In this document: one piece after another, positions 51,842-60,563 of the stretch | Numbering within the stretch: position 1 is the stretch's first letter | How the letters are laid out: every line of letters begins with the position of its first letter | NCBI GenBank assembly: GCA_050248855.1 | Contig: JBFWRP010000017.1 | Span: 26,025-90,024 of the forward strand | Reading direction: 5' to 3' | Length of the DNA: 64,000 nucleotides | Source: Planctomycetota bacterium | GTDB lineage: Bacteria; Planctomycetota; PLA2; JAEUHO01 | Position numbers and translations under genes: made by a program | Notes under the pieces: model-generated | Seen by the model: only the letters and a program-made list of their open reading frames with translations | The model's database searches: none | Told to the model about the DNA's origin: nothing

Positions 51842-52393
51842 CTACGCGGGCCCCACCAAGTGGCGGATCCGCGCCACGAAGCGGCGCGCCAGCTCGCGGC
51901 GCGCGCTCCCCAACGCCGTCAGGAGAGGGCCGTCGGCCACGAGGTCCTCGTCCGTGTCGATCGCACCCTGCACGTAGTGGCCGAGCGTGGCGATCTGCTG
52001 TTGCGTGGCATGCGGTGCGCGCAACGCGTGCGCCACCCGTCGACCGCGCAGCAAGCCCGCGGCTCCCAACAACACGACACCGTTGTCCACGGCCCCCACG
52101 GCGATGTCGGGAACGGAGGCGACACGCGCGAGCGCACGCAGTCCTTCCGGATCCCCGAGCGGTTCGAGGATCTCGCCTCCCGGAACCAGGACGCCGATGT
52201 ACCCCGACGAGCCCGCTGCAGTGCGCGGACCCGAAGCGCGAATCGAGACACCATCGCCCACGGCCACGGCACCGCGCTTCGGCCCCACGACTTCGATCTC
52301 GGCGAGCCGCGCCTCGGCGTGCACGGCATGCACGGCCTCCGCCACGTCGCGGTAGTTGGCGCCGGGATAGAGCCAGAGGAGTACGCGATGCAT
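51842..52393 (-). CDS. DJ-1/PfpI-like protein
   Basis: VLLWLYPG, DGVSI, GVLVPGG, LLGAAGLLRGRRVAH, VADGPLLTA. Confidence 0.72.
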   Translation of the reverse strand: MHRVLLWLYPGANYRDVAEAVHAVHAEARLAEIEVVGPKRGAVAVGDGVSIRASGPRTAAGSSGYIGVLVPGGEILEPLGDPEGLRALARVASVPDIAVGAVDNGVVLLGAAGLLRGRRVAHALRAPHATQQQIATLGHYVQGAIDTDEDLVADGPLLTALGSARRELARRFVARIRHLVGPA

Positions 52394-52626
52394 GGAGCCC
52401 TCCGACGCAGCACGCGTCGCCTTGGGGCCGCACGGTACCTGATGCGGCCCGCGCCTCGGAGCACGCTTTCCCGCGATTACGAGCGTTTCAGGGCCGTTTG
52501 CACACAACCCGACGATCGATGGCCGCAGCCGGGAACTTCGTTACCTGCGCTGCGGACGCAACGGGGTTTCCACCACGCACGCGCCGGCCATCGCAGCCTG
52601 ACGCCTCACGCGATACCTTCCTGTCC

Positions 52627-53217
52627 ATGTGGTCCACGCGCTACGCCTCCGACGGCCTCTTGCTGCGCGCTTGGGAGCCCGGCGATGGTCCGGCGCTCGC
52701 GGCGGCAAAGCGCGCCTCGTACGAGCACCTGGCACCCTGGATGCCGTGGGCCGAGCCCGACCCCGACGAGGCCGCGGAGGAGAAGCGCGTGCGCCTCTTC
52801 GCCGGCAAGTGGCTGATCGGCGAGGACGCGCTCGTGTCGATCTGGACGCCCGACGGCGCGACGCTCCTCGGCGGCTCGGGCTTCCATCCCCGTGAGGGCG
52901 ACTACTCGACGCGGCAAGCCGAGATCGGCATGTGGATCGCGGGTCCGGCGGCGGGCCAGGGCGTGGGCACGAGAGCCTTGCGCGCGATGCTGCGGTGGGG
53001 CTTCGGCTCGTGGGGCTTCCTGCGCCTCTCGTGGATCTGCAACAGCGCCAATGTCGGCAGCCGCCGCGTGGCCGAGAAGGCCGGCATGCTGCTCGAGGGG
53101 ACACGGCGCGGGACCTTCGACGATGTCTCCAAGGGGCGTCGGGACGAGCTCCTGTTCGCGGCCCTGGCGCCGGAGTGGCGCGATCCGGGGGGTCTCCCCT
53201 TGCCCGAGCCTGGCTAA
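52627..53217 (+). CDS. RimJ/RimL-family GNAT acetyltransferase
   Basis: LLLRAW, HLAPWMPWA, AEIGMW, GQGVGT, NVGSRRVAEKAGM..EG. Confidence 0.85.
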   Translation: MWSTRYASDGLLLRAWEPGDGPALAAAKRASYEHLAPWMPWAEPDPDEAAEEKRVRLFAGKWLIGEDALVSIWTPDGATLLGGSGFHPREGDYSTRQAEIGMWIAGPAAGQGVGTRALRAMLRWGFGSWGFLRLSWICNSANVGSRRVAEKAGMLLEGTRRGTFDDVSKGRRDELLFAALAPEWRDPGGLPLPEPG

Positions 53218-53288
53218 AGGACGGGCGCCGGGCAGCTCGGGCCGGAATCGCTTTGGCGAGAGCCCCGCCGCGGTGGGATCGTCGCCCG

Positions 53289-53855
53289 ATGCTTTCCACC
53301 AGCGAGCTCAAGCCCGGCGTCCTCATCGAGTACGAAGGGGCGCCGTACATCGTCGAGACGATGACCGTGTCGTCGCCCACCGCCCGCGGCGGCAACACGA
53401 TCACCCGCGTGCGCCTGCGCAACCTGCGCACCAAGCAGAAGCGCGACGTGTCCTTCCGCGGCGGGGAGATGTTCCCGCAGCCGGCCTACGAGCGCAGGCC
53501 CTGCCAGCTGCTGTACTCGGACACCGAGGCGTTCCACTTCATGGACCAGCAGGACTACGAGCAGTTCACGCTGCAGCGCAGCGACCTGGAGTGGGAGGCG
53601 CTGTTCCTGAAAGACGAGCTCGGAGGCCTCTTCGCGCTCCGCTGCGACGACGAGCTCCTTGGCATCGAGCTGCCGCCCGTGGTGACCCTGCGGATCACCG
53701 ACACGGCACCCGGCATCAAGGGGGCGAGCGCCACGGCCCGCAACAAGCCCGCGACGCTCGAGACCGGGCACACCGTGAAGGTGCCCGAGCACATCGACCA
53801 GGGCGAGATCGTCAAGGTCGACACCAAGACCGGGGAGTTCCTCGGTCGCGCCTGA
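53289..53855 (+). CDS. efpL: Elongation factor P-like protein EfpL (YeiP)
   Basis: SPTARG loop (not PGKG) and APGIKGASATARNKPATL, characteristic of YeiP/EfpL. Confidence 0.88.
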   Translation: MLSTSELKPGVLIEYEGAPYIVETMTVSSPTARGGNTITRVRLRNLRTKQKRDVSFRGGEMFPQPAYERRPCQLLYSDTEAFHFMDQQDYEQFTLQRSDLEWEALFLKDELGGLFALRCDDELLGIELPPVVTLRITDTAPGIKGASATARNKPATLETGHTVKVPEHIDQGEIVKVDTKTGEFLGRA

Positions 53856-53857
53856 GA

Positions 53858-53878
53858 GCCTGGGATCTCCTCCCAGGC
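53858..53878. terminator. Hairpin between convergent efpL and peroxidase genes
   Basis: GCCTGGGA-TCTCC-TCCCAGGC. Confidence 0.5.
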
Positions 53879-53880
53879 CT

Positions 53881-55614
53881 TCAGGGACGCCGCTCGGCAC
53901 CGACGCGGAACACGTCGCGGTCGATCTCGCCGCCGATGTCCGTGTTGCGGCGGATCACGTCGGCCAGACGCGTCGCGGCCAGGTCCGCCACCTCGTCCGG
54001 ATCGAAGCGCGCCTCGTACCAGAAGCGGTCGCCGTCGCGCAGGCGTCGGAACTGGCTGACGAGCATCTCGCGCAGCGTCTCGCCGACCATGGCGCCGCGC
54101 ACCGGCATCTCGGCCAGCGCGCCGATCCAGAGATCGACGTCGTCCACCGTGCGATAGACCAAAGCCAGCGCCTGGGCGGTCGCGCCGTCGCGAGCGATCG
54201 CCGCGAAGGTCGTACGTGGCGCGAGGCCCAGCGCGGCCCGGGCCGCGGCGTACGACGGCAAGCCGTGGTCGCGTCCGCGCTGGATGTTGAGCGCCGCCAG
54301 ATCCAGGCCGCCGGCCCCGGGCGGGCCGAACAGGAAGCTGCGGACGTCGTCCACGACGTGCGTGTCCAGCTCCTGGGCCGCTTGCGCCGAGAGGCCCCGC
54401 AGCACGGGCTCGATGCCCCCCTCGGTGACGAGTCGATCGGGACGGAAGAAGGCGTCGCGCAGCGAGAGATGGCCGTGCAGCGTCTCGGCGCCGCTGGCGT
54501 CCAGGCGCAGCAGGCGCGCCGAGAGCAGGCTATGGCCCAGGCGGTACGCCGCGGTGGAGAACGAGTTGTCGATGCGTGCGTCCAGCTCGGGCCGGTACCC
54601 CGCGTAGGGCGGAATCGCGCCACGCCCCAGCAAGAGCGGCAGGAACTCCTCGTAGGTGATCACCTGCAGCAGCGCGCCGACGCGCCGACGGGCTTCCTCG
54701 TAGACCCCATCTCCATCCAGCTCCGGGTGCTGCTGACGCAGCAGGTCGGCTTGCCGGTTGTGCTCGCGCACGAACAGCGTATGCAGGCACGCCAAGCCGA
54801 CCTGCTCGTTCGCGCGGATGTCGCCAGCCAGGAACAGCGTCGCACCGGAGCCGCCCGCATTGGGAAGCCCCGCGTCGTTGAAGGGCAGGAGATCGCCTGC
54901 GCTGGTGCGCAAGCGACCCGTGCCGTCGTTCGTGCGCAGCGCGAGGGCGCGCACCGCATCGCTGCCGTAGACCTGGCTGCCGTCGATCCACGCCGTGATG
55001 GCTTGGAGCTGCTCGCGGGCGCCCGCTTGGTCCACGTAGGCCGAGCGTGAGAACGGGATCACGACGATGCCCGTCGCGAGGGGATCGAAGGCCGCATCGC
55101 CGGTCGGCACGAGGATGGAGGCGTCCTCCTGGGGCTCCGCGCCCGGTGTCAGCGACAGGTCGTGGTCCAGGAACTGGCCCCACTGCCACAGCATGTCCGT
55201 GGCCCCTGCCGCGTTGGGTTCGTCACCGGTCTGTGCGCAGACGGCGTTGCTGATCGCACGCGGGTTGGGCCGATCGGCGCCCGCGAGCGTCGAGAGCCCG
55301 TCGCCGTAGGCGGAGGGGAGCACGCGCCGCAGCGCGATGCCGGCTGCGCCTTCCTCCACGTCCACCGTGTCGTTGCCGCGGCCATCGATGGACCGGTACT
55401 CGCGGGGCGGGGGTGTCGGCGGTCCACCGCCCCCGTTCCCACCGGGAGCGCCCCCGGCCCCATCGGCCGGGCCGCCGCCCCCCACCCCGGCCACGGACGC
55501 CGTGCCACCGCCGGCGCCGCATCCGGGTAGGGCCCCGAGCAGGAGACCCAGCGCAAGCGCGGCGAAGCGACGGAGCGGACGATGGCGCGGATGGTCTGGA
55601 GCGAAGCGATCCAT
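53881..55614 (-). CDS. Heme peroxidase (peroxidase-cyclooxygenase / animal-type), probable lipoprotein
   Basis: Lipobox-like LPGC; RSIDG.GN, WGQFLDHD, IDGSQVYGS, GDIRANE, REHNR, AYRLGHS, LAALNIQRGRDHG, LRDGDRFWYE. Confidence 0.93.
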   Translation of the reverse strand: MDRFAPDHPRHRPLRRFAALALGLLLGALPGCGAGGGTASVAGVGGGGPADGAGGAPGGNGGGGPPTPPPREYRSIDGRGNDTVDVEEGAAGIALRRVLPSAYGDGLSTLAGADRPNPRAISNAVCAQTGDEPNAAGATDMLWQWGQFLDHDLSLTPGAEPQEDASILVPTGDAAFDPLATGIVVIPFSRSAYVDQAGAREQLQAITAWIDGSQVYGSDAVRALALRTNDGTGRLRTSAGDLLPFNDAGLPNAGGSGATLFLAGDIRANEQVGLACLHTLFVREHNRQADLLRQQHPELDGDGVYEEARRRVGALLQVITYEEFLPLLLGRGAIPPYAGYRPELDARIDNSFSTAAYRLGHSLLSARLLRLDASGAETLHGHLSLRDAFFRPDRLVTEGGIEPVLRGLSAQAAQELDTHVVDDVRSFLFGPPGAGGLDLAALNIQRGRDHGLPSYAAARAALGLAPRTTFAAIARDGATAQALALVYRTVDDVDLWIGALAEMPVRGAMVGETLREMLVSQFRRLRDGDRFWYEARFDPDEVADLAATRLADVIRRNTDIGGEIDRDVFRVGAERRP

Positions 55615-55691
55615 GGGGTTTCCTTTCACGCGCACCCGTTGCGGGTGCGTCGCTGCTCGGAAACGCCGGGGTCCTTGCGAAGACCTTGCGC

Positions 55692-57167
55692 TCAGGAAGA
55701 AAGTGCGGGCCCCGTCAGCGTGACCACCAAGCCCCCACCGTCACGCGCCGCGAGGGAGAGCTCGAAGCCGTGGCGATCGGCCACTTCCTTGGCGATGGAA
55801 AGGCCAAGGCCCGCGCCACCCGGACGTCGGGTGCGCGCCTGCGTGCCGCGCCACGAGCGTTCGAAAGCGCGTGGCAGCTCGTCGTCCGGGATGCCTGGAC
55901 CGTCGTCCTCGACGCGGAGCCGGAAGCGCTGGGCGTCCGGGCCTTCGCGACCGACCACGACCGCCACGTGGCCGCCCTCGTCCTGGTAGCGCACTGCGTT
56001 GTGCACGACGTTGCCTACGAGCTGCTCCAGCAACGTCACGTCGCCGACGACCTCGAGCGGCTCCGGCGGCACGCCGTGCTCGAGCAGCACGCCGTGCGAG
56101 GCCGCCACCGACCCGTGCCGCGCCACCACGCGCTCGACGAGCGCCACGAGATCGACGGGCCGGAGGTCGAGATGGACGTCCCCGGACTCGAGCTTGGCGA
56201 GCGCACCGAGGTTGTGCAGCAGCGACGCCACGTGCTGCGCCTCGCCCATGGCGCCATCGAGCACCGTCGGGTCCGCCGCTTCGTGCTTCAAGGCATGGCG
56301 ACGCAACGTGCCCAGGTGGCCCTGCAGCACGCTGAGCGGCACCATCACGTCGTGTGTGGTGTTGGCCACGAAGTCGCGCAGCGTGGCCTCGCGGGCGGCG
56401 AGCTGCTCGACGTGCGCGCGGTTGGCCGCGGCCGCGTCGTTGAAGGCGTTGGCCACGTCGGCGATCTCGTCGCTGCCCGTCGCCGGCACGGGCTCCAGGA
56501 AGCCCGTCGTCGCGGACTGCGCCACGCCGCGCGCCAGCCGCCGCAGGCGCACCACCAGCGGCCCCGCCGTGACCCAGACGACGACCAGGAGCCCCAGCGC
56601 CAAGGCGCCGATCGCCCCGAGCAACAGGGGCCCGGCGAACGACTCGTCGGGGAAGGCCCGCTCGACCAGCACCACGTCGCACGGCGTCCCTTGCCAAGGC
56701 ATGCGCAGGGCGACCTGCCGTCCCTCGCCGTCGGGGTTGGTGTGCCGACGGCTGGCGAGCTGCTCGCCGGCGTCCAGCGCCTCGGCCAGCTCCGGGGGGA
56801 AGGGCGGACTCCGCGGGTTGAGCGAGCGGTACGTCGCGTCGTACGCCCACAGGCGCGTGGCGCGCTGATCGGGGGGCCCGTCGTTGCCTCGCGGGCGACG
56901 CGGCGGCGGCGGGCCGCGGCGACCCGGACGCGGCGGACCTCGCTCCTCACGGGGCGGCGGCGGCGGTCGCCGCGTGTCGACGACGAATCGCTCCGGGTCC
57001 TCTTCGCAGCGCGTGCGGCCGCCGTTCTCCATGGTCGCGTAGCCGAACTCACGAAGCGCGTCGTCCATGTGCCGGCGCGCGAGGTGCGCATGCAGCCACC
57101 ACGCACCGCCCGCAAGCGGCAGCGCGGTCAGGAGCATGCCGAGCACCAGGCGCGGGCGCAGCCTCAT
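55692..57167 (-). CDS. Sensor histidine kinase (HAMP-HisKA-HATPase)
   Basis: Two TMs, HAMP (DEIADVANAFN), H-box THDVMVPL, NVVHNAVRY, DDGPGI, GAGLGLSI. Confidence 0.92.
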   Translation of the reverse strand: MRLRPRLVLGMLLTALPLAGGAWWLHAHLARRHMDDALREFGYATMENGGRTRCEEDPERFVVDTRRPPPPPREERGPPRPGRRGPPPPRRPRGNDGPPDQRATRLWAYDATYRSLNPRSPPFPPELAEALDAGEQLASRRHTNPDGEGRQVALRMPWQGTPCDVVLVERAFPDESFAGPLLLGAIGALALGLLVVVWVTAGPLVVRLRRLARGVAQSATTGFLEPVPATGSDEIADVANAFNDAAAANRAHVEQLAAREATLRDFVANTTHDVMVPLSVLQGHLGTLRRHALKHEAADPTVLDGAMGEAQHVASLLHNLGALAKLESGDVHLDLRPVDLVALVERVVARHGSVAASHGVLLEHGVPPEPLEVVGDVTLLEQLVGNVVHNAVRYQDEGGHVAVVVGREGPDAQRFRLRVEDDGPGIPDDELPRAFERSWRGTQARTRRPGGAGLGLSIAKEVADRHGFELSLAARDGGGLVVTLTGPALSS

Positions 57168-57844
57168 GCGGGGTCCGCCGCGTGCGCATCCAAGCGGTAG
57201 CCGACACCCCAGACGGTGGCCAGATGCGTAGCGGCCGGGCCCAGCTTCTTGCGCAGGCGCGAGACATGCACGTCGAGCGTGCGCTCCGTGCCGTCGCGGT
57301 CGGGGTCGAGCACGTGGTCCACGAGCCATGTCCGCGGCACGGCCGCGCCGGGCCGCTTGGCGAGCGCCGCGAGCAGCTCGAACTCGACGCGCGTCACGGG
57401 GACGTCCGCGTCGGAGACGGTTACCGTGCGCGCGCCCAGGTCGATTTCGAGCTCGCCGAAGCGCAGACGCTCCCCGCGCTGCAGAACGGGGCGACGCAGG
57501 CGCGCGGCCACGCGCGCCATCAGCTCGTCGGGCCAGAACGGCTTCGTCAGGTAGTCGTCCGCACCCAGCTCGAGGGCGCGGACCTTGTCCGGCGTCTCGT
57601 TGCGCGCACTGAGCACGAGCACGGGCACCTCGGCGTCGCGACGGATGTGCTTGAGCACGTCCATGCCGTACGTCCCCGGCAGCATGAGGTCGAGCACGAT
57701 GAGGTCGTAGCCGGCGGGCTCCTCCATGAGCGCGGAGTCGCCGTCCTTGCGCCACGTGACGTGGTGGCCGGCGCTGCGCAGCGCGACCACGACCTGGGCC
57801 CCCAGGCGTTCGTCGTCTTCCACGACCAGGATCCGCGCTTGCAT
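57164..57844 (-). CDS. OmpR-family response regulator
   Basis: ILVVEDD, LDLMLPG, GADDYLTKPF, RTLDVHVSRLRKKL, TVWGVGY. Confidence 0.95.
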   Translation of the reverse strand: MQARILVVEDDERLGAQVVVALRSAGHHVTWRKDGDSALMEEPAGYDLIVLDLMLPGTYGMDVLKHIRRDAEVPVLVLSARNETPDKVRALELGADDYLTKPFWPDELMARVAARLRRPVLQRGERLRFGELEIDLGARTVTVSDADVPVTRVEFELLAALAKRPGAAVPRTWLVDHVLDPDRDGTERTLDVHVSRLRKKLGPAATHLATVWGVGYRLDAHAADPA

Positions 57845-58028
57845 GGCTCTCCGCATGATGCCGCGGCGGCGCTGGGCCCGCCCCCTCTCCCGGATCTTCG
57901 GCCGTGAACCTTGCGCGCACCTGAAGGGCGGGCCGGCGGAGGAAGGCCCTTGGGACGCAAGACCTACGCAAGGTCGCGGAGGCAGACTGGCGCGCATCGG
58001 ACCGGGCGACCGGCCCCGGAGGAACCCC

Positions 58029-58574
58029 ATGCACGTACGAACCTGGCTACGCACGCCTTGGTCCTTGGCCGTCGTCGCGGCCCTGGCCTGGGGCGCCCCC
58101 GCCTTCGCAGGCGAATCCCCCACCACGCCGTCCCCGGAACCGGAGACGCTGTGGGACCTGCTCGTCGAGAAGTACGACGCCAACCGCGACGGCGTCATCT
58201 CGAAGACGGAGTACACACGCGGCGAGGCGGCCTTTGCCCGCTGCGACACGAACAAGGATGGCGTCCTGACCTCGGCCGATGGCCTCGGTCGGCCGCCGAT
58301 GCCCAGGGGCCCGCGGATGGGTGGACCGGGTGGTCCTCCGCCGCGGGGTCCCGGCGGCCCCGACATGGAGGCACCGCGCTGCCCGCAGTGCGGCTGCGTG
58401 CTGCCGCCCCCCCCGGGCCCGCGTGGCCCCGAAGGCCGCGGTGGTGGTCAGGGCCGCGGCGACGGACGTGGTGGCGGACGGCACGGCCGTCCGGGCGGCC
58501 CCGGTGGTCCCCGTCCCGGGAACCCGCCGCCTCCGCCTCCGCCGGACGAGCCTGCTCCCGACGAGAACGCCTAG
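58029..58574 (+). CDS. Exported EF-hand protein with Gly/Pro/Arg-rich tail
   Basis: Signal peptide (AFA-GE); DANRDGVISKTE and DTNKDGVLTSAD loops; CPQCGC motif. Confidence 0.8.
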   Translation: MHVRTWLRTPWSLAVVAALAWGAPAFAGESPTTPSPEPETLWDLLVEKYDANRDGVISKTEYTRGEAAFARCDTNKDGVLTSADGLGRPPMPRGPRMGGPGGPPPRGPGGPDMEAPRCPQCGCVLPPPPGPRGPEGRGGGQGRGDGRGGGRHGRPGGPGGPRPGNPPPPPPPDEPAPDENA

Positions 58575-58590
58575 CTCCCCGAGCCAAGCG

Positions 58591-59523
58591 CTACTGGACG
58601 AACAGCCAGTCCTGGCCCTCGATCGAACCGCGTGCCGCACGCGCGGTGCGCTCGGCTTCGCGCGAGCCCAACACGCCATGCGCGACCAACACGAACGGCG
58701 GGCCGCTTCCCTGCTCGGGGGAGCGGCCCACTTCGCGCAAGGCCCGCATCCAGCGACGCGCGGCCTTGGGCGTGCCTTCGATCGAGAGCGGGCGCTCTGC
58801 CAGCTGCGGGTCGCACGCCACGTGCCGAGCTTTCAGCGCGCGCATCGAGGCGAGCGAACAGCGCGGATCCGTGCGTGACAACCGCCCCGGTCGATCCCGC
58901 TGCAGCATGAGCACCTGCGGGAGCTTGGCGAAGCGCGCGCCGTGCTGCGCCGCACGCAGGAAGAAGTCGTAGTCCTCCGCGAACGGCCCTTCGCGGTAGC
59001 CGCCAAGGGCCTCGTACAGCGAGCGCCGCAGGGCCCACGTGGGATGCGGCAGCGGACACTCGATGTACCGCTCGCGCACGATCGGATCGTGCTCGAGACA
59101 GGCATCGAGCCAGCGCTCGTAGCGCCAGAGCCCCTGGGCCCGCCGCGGGCGTGGCACGAAGCGCATGCGGCTGCCCACCAGGTCCACGTCCGGACGTCGA
59201 TCGAGCAAGGCCGCCAGGCGCTCGAGACGCTCGGGATGCGCCACGTCGTCGGCGTCCATGCGCACGAGCAGCGGGGCCGCGGCGCGGCGTGCGGCTTCGT
59301 TCAGCGCGGGGACGATGCCTTGGGGCCCACCCTGCTCCACGCGCAGGCGGGCGTCGGAAGCCGCGCGCCGCGCCAGGATCCCGGCCGTGCCATCCGTCGA
59401 GCCGTCGTCGTGCACCACGACTTCGTGGTCCTCGAGCGTCTGGGCCGACAGCGAGTCCAAGCACGCGTCGAGCCAGGCGGCGCCATCGCGGACGGGCAGG
59501 AGGACGGAGACGCGCGGCGTCAT
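58591..59523 (-). CDS. GT2-family glycosyltransferase (QTGAL/B3GNTL1-like motifs)
   Basis: VSVLLPVRD, DDGSTD, MDADD (DxD), HPTW, EDYDF, C-terminal EGQDWLF; ATGA overlap with queG. Confidence 0.9.
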   Translation of the reverse strand: MTPRVSVLLPVRDGAAWLDACLDSLSAQTLEDHEVVVHDDGSTDGTAGILARRAASDARLRVEQGGPQGIVPALNEAARRAAAPLLVRMDADDVAHPERLERLAALLDRRPDVDLVGSRMRFVPRPRRAQGLWRYERWLDACLEHDPIVRERYIECPLPHPTWALRRSLYEALGGYREGPFAEDYDFFLRAAQHGARFAKLPQVLMLQRDRPGRLSRTDPRCSLASMRALKARHVACDPQLAERPLSIEGTPKAARRWMRALREVGRSPEQGSGPPFVLVAHGVLGSREAERTARAARGSIEGQDWLFVQ

Positions 59524-60563
59524 GCGAGCCGCGAGAGGGCGTCGGCCGCGTGGATGCGGAGCGCGGGCTCGGGCGCGCGGAGAAGCCGATCGATGGACGG
59601 TCGAAGATCGACAGCGCCGATGTTGGCGGCCACGACCAGGGCGTTGCGTTGCAGGCCCACGCGTCCCGGCCGCTGGAGCGGCGTGCCGCCGAAGCGCGAG
59701 ACGAAGGCCGCGTCGTCCAGGGCGAGGACCTCGCCGAGGTCCACCCGTGGGCCGACGCCCGCCTCCGGCATCAGCTCGGGCCACGGCGTCGGCGAATGCT
59801 CGCGCTGGAACGGACACACTTCCTGGCACACGTCGCAACCGAAGAGCCACGGGCCGATGCCGCTACGCAGTTCCTCCGGGATCTCGCCGGCGTGCTCGAT
59901 CGTGAGGTACGAGATGCAGCGCCGCGCATCCACCACGTACGGAGCGGGAAACGCCTGCGTGGGGCACGCTTCCAGACAACGCACGCACGTACCGCAGTGG
60001 CGCTCCCCGTCCGCGGGCGACGTCGCCGGGATCTCGGCATCGACGAGCACCTCGCCCAGGAACCACCACGAGCCGCGCCGCGGCAGGATCAGGCACGTGT
60101 TCTTGCCCACGAACCCGAGCCCCGCGCGCGCTGCGACGGCGCGCTCGAGCAGCGGCGAGTGGTCGCACGCGCCACGGGCCCGGGTTCCGCCGAAGGCCGC
60201 CGCGATGTCGCAGGCCAGGGCGTCGAGGCGTGGTCGAACCAGCGCGTGGTAGTCGCGCCCCCACGCGTAGCGCGCGATCCGACCGTAGCGGCCCTCGTGC
60301 TCGAAGGGGCCCGCGTCGTGCGGGTACGCCACGGCGACGGAGACGACGCTCCGGACGCTCGCGAGCAGCGTGCGCGGATCGGCCCGCTGCGGGGGGTTGC
60401 GCGTCATGTACGCGAGCTCCGCGCCGTGGCCTGCGTCGACCCAGGCCCGCAGGCGCGCGAGGTCTTCCCCCAGCACGGAAGCATCCGTCACGCCGACGAC
60501 TTCGAAACCGTGCGCCGCGGCCAGGCGGGCGAGGCGATCGTGCTCCGGCAGCGTGGTGCTCAT
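59520..60563 (-). CDS. queG: tRNA epoxyqueuosine reductase
   Basis: ARYAWGRDYH, GLGFVGKN, CGTCVRCLEACPT, DARRCISYLTIE, FGCDVCQEVCP; ATGA overlap with queA. Confidence 0.95.
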   Translation of the reverse strand: MSTTLPEHDRLARLAAAHGFEVVGVTDASVLGEDLARLRAWVDAGHGAELAYMTRNPPQRADPRTLLASVRSVVSVAVAYPHDAGPFEHEGRYGRIARYAWGRDYHALVRPRLDALACDIAAAFGGTRARGACDHSPLLERAVAARAGLGFVGKNTCLILPRRGSWWFLGEVLVDAEIPATSPADGERHCGTCVRCLEACPTQAFPAPYVVDARRCISYLTIEHAGEIPEELRSGIGPWLFGCDVCQEVCPFQREHSPTPWPELMPEAGVGPRVDLGEVLALDDAAFVSRFGGTPLQRPGRVGLQRNALVVAANIGAVDLRPSIDRLLRAPEPALRIHAADALSRLA

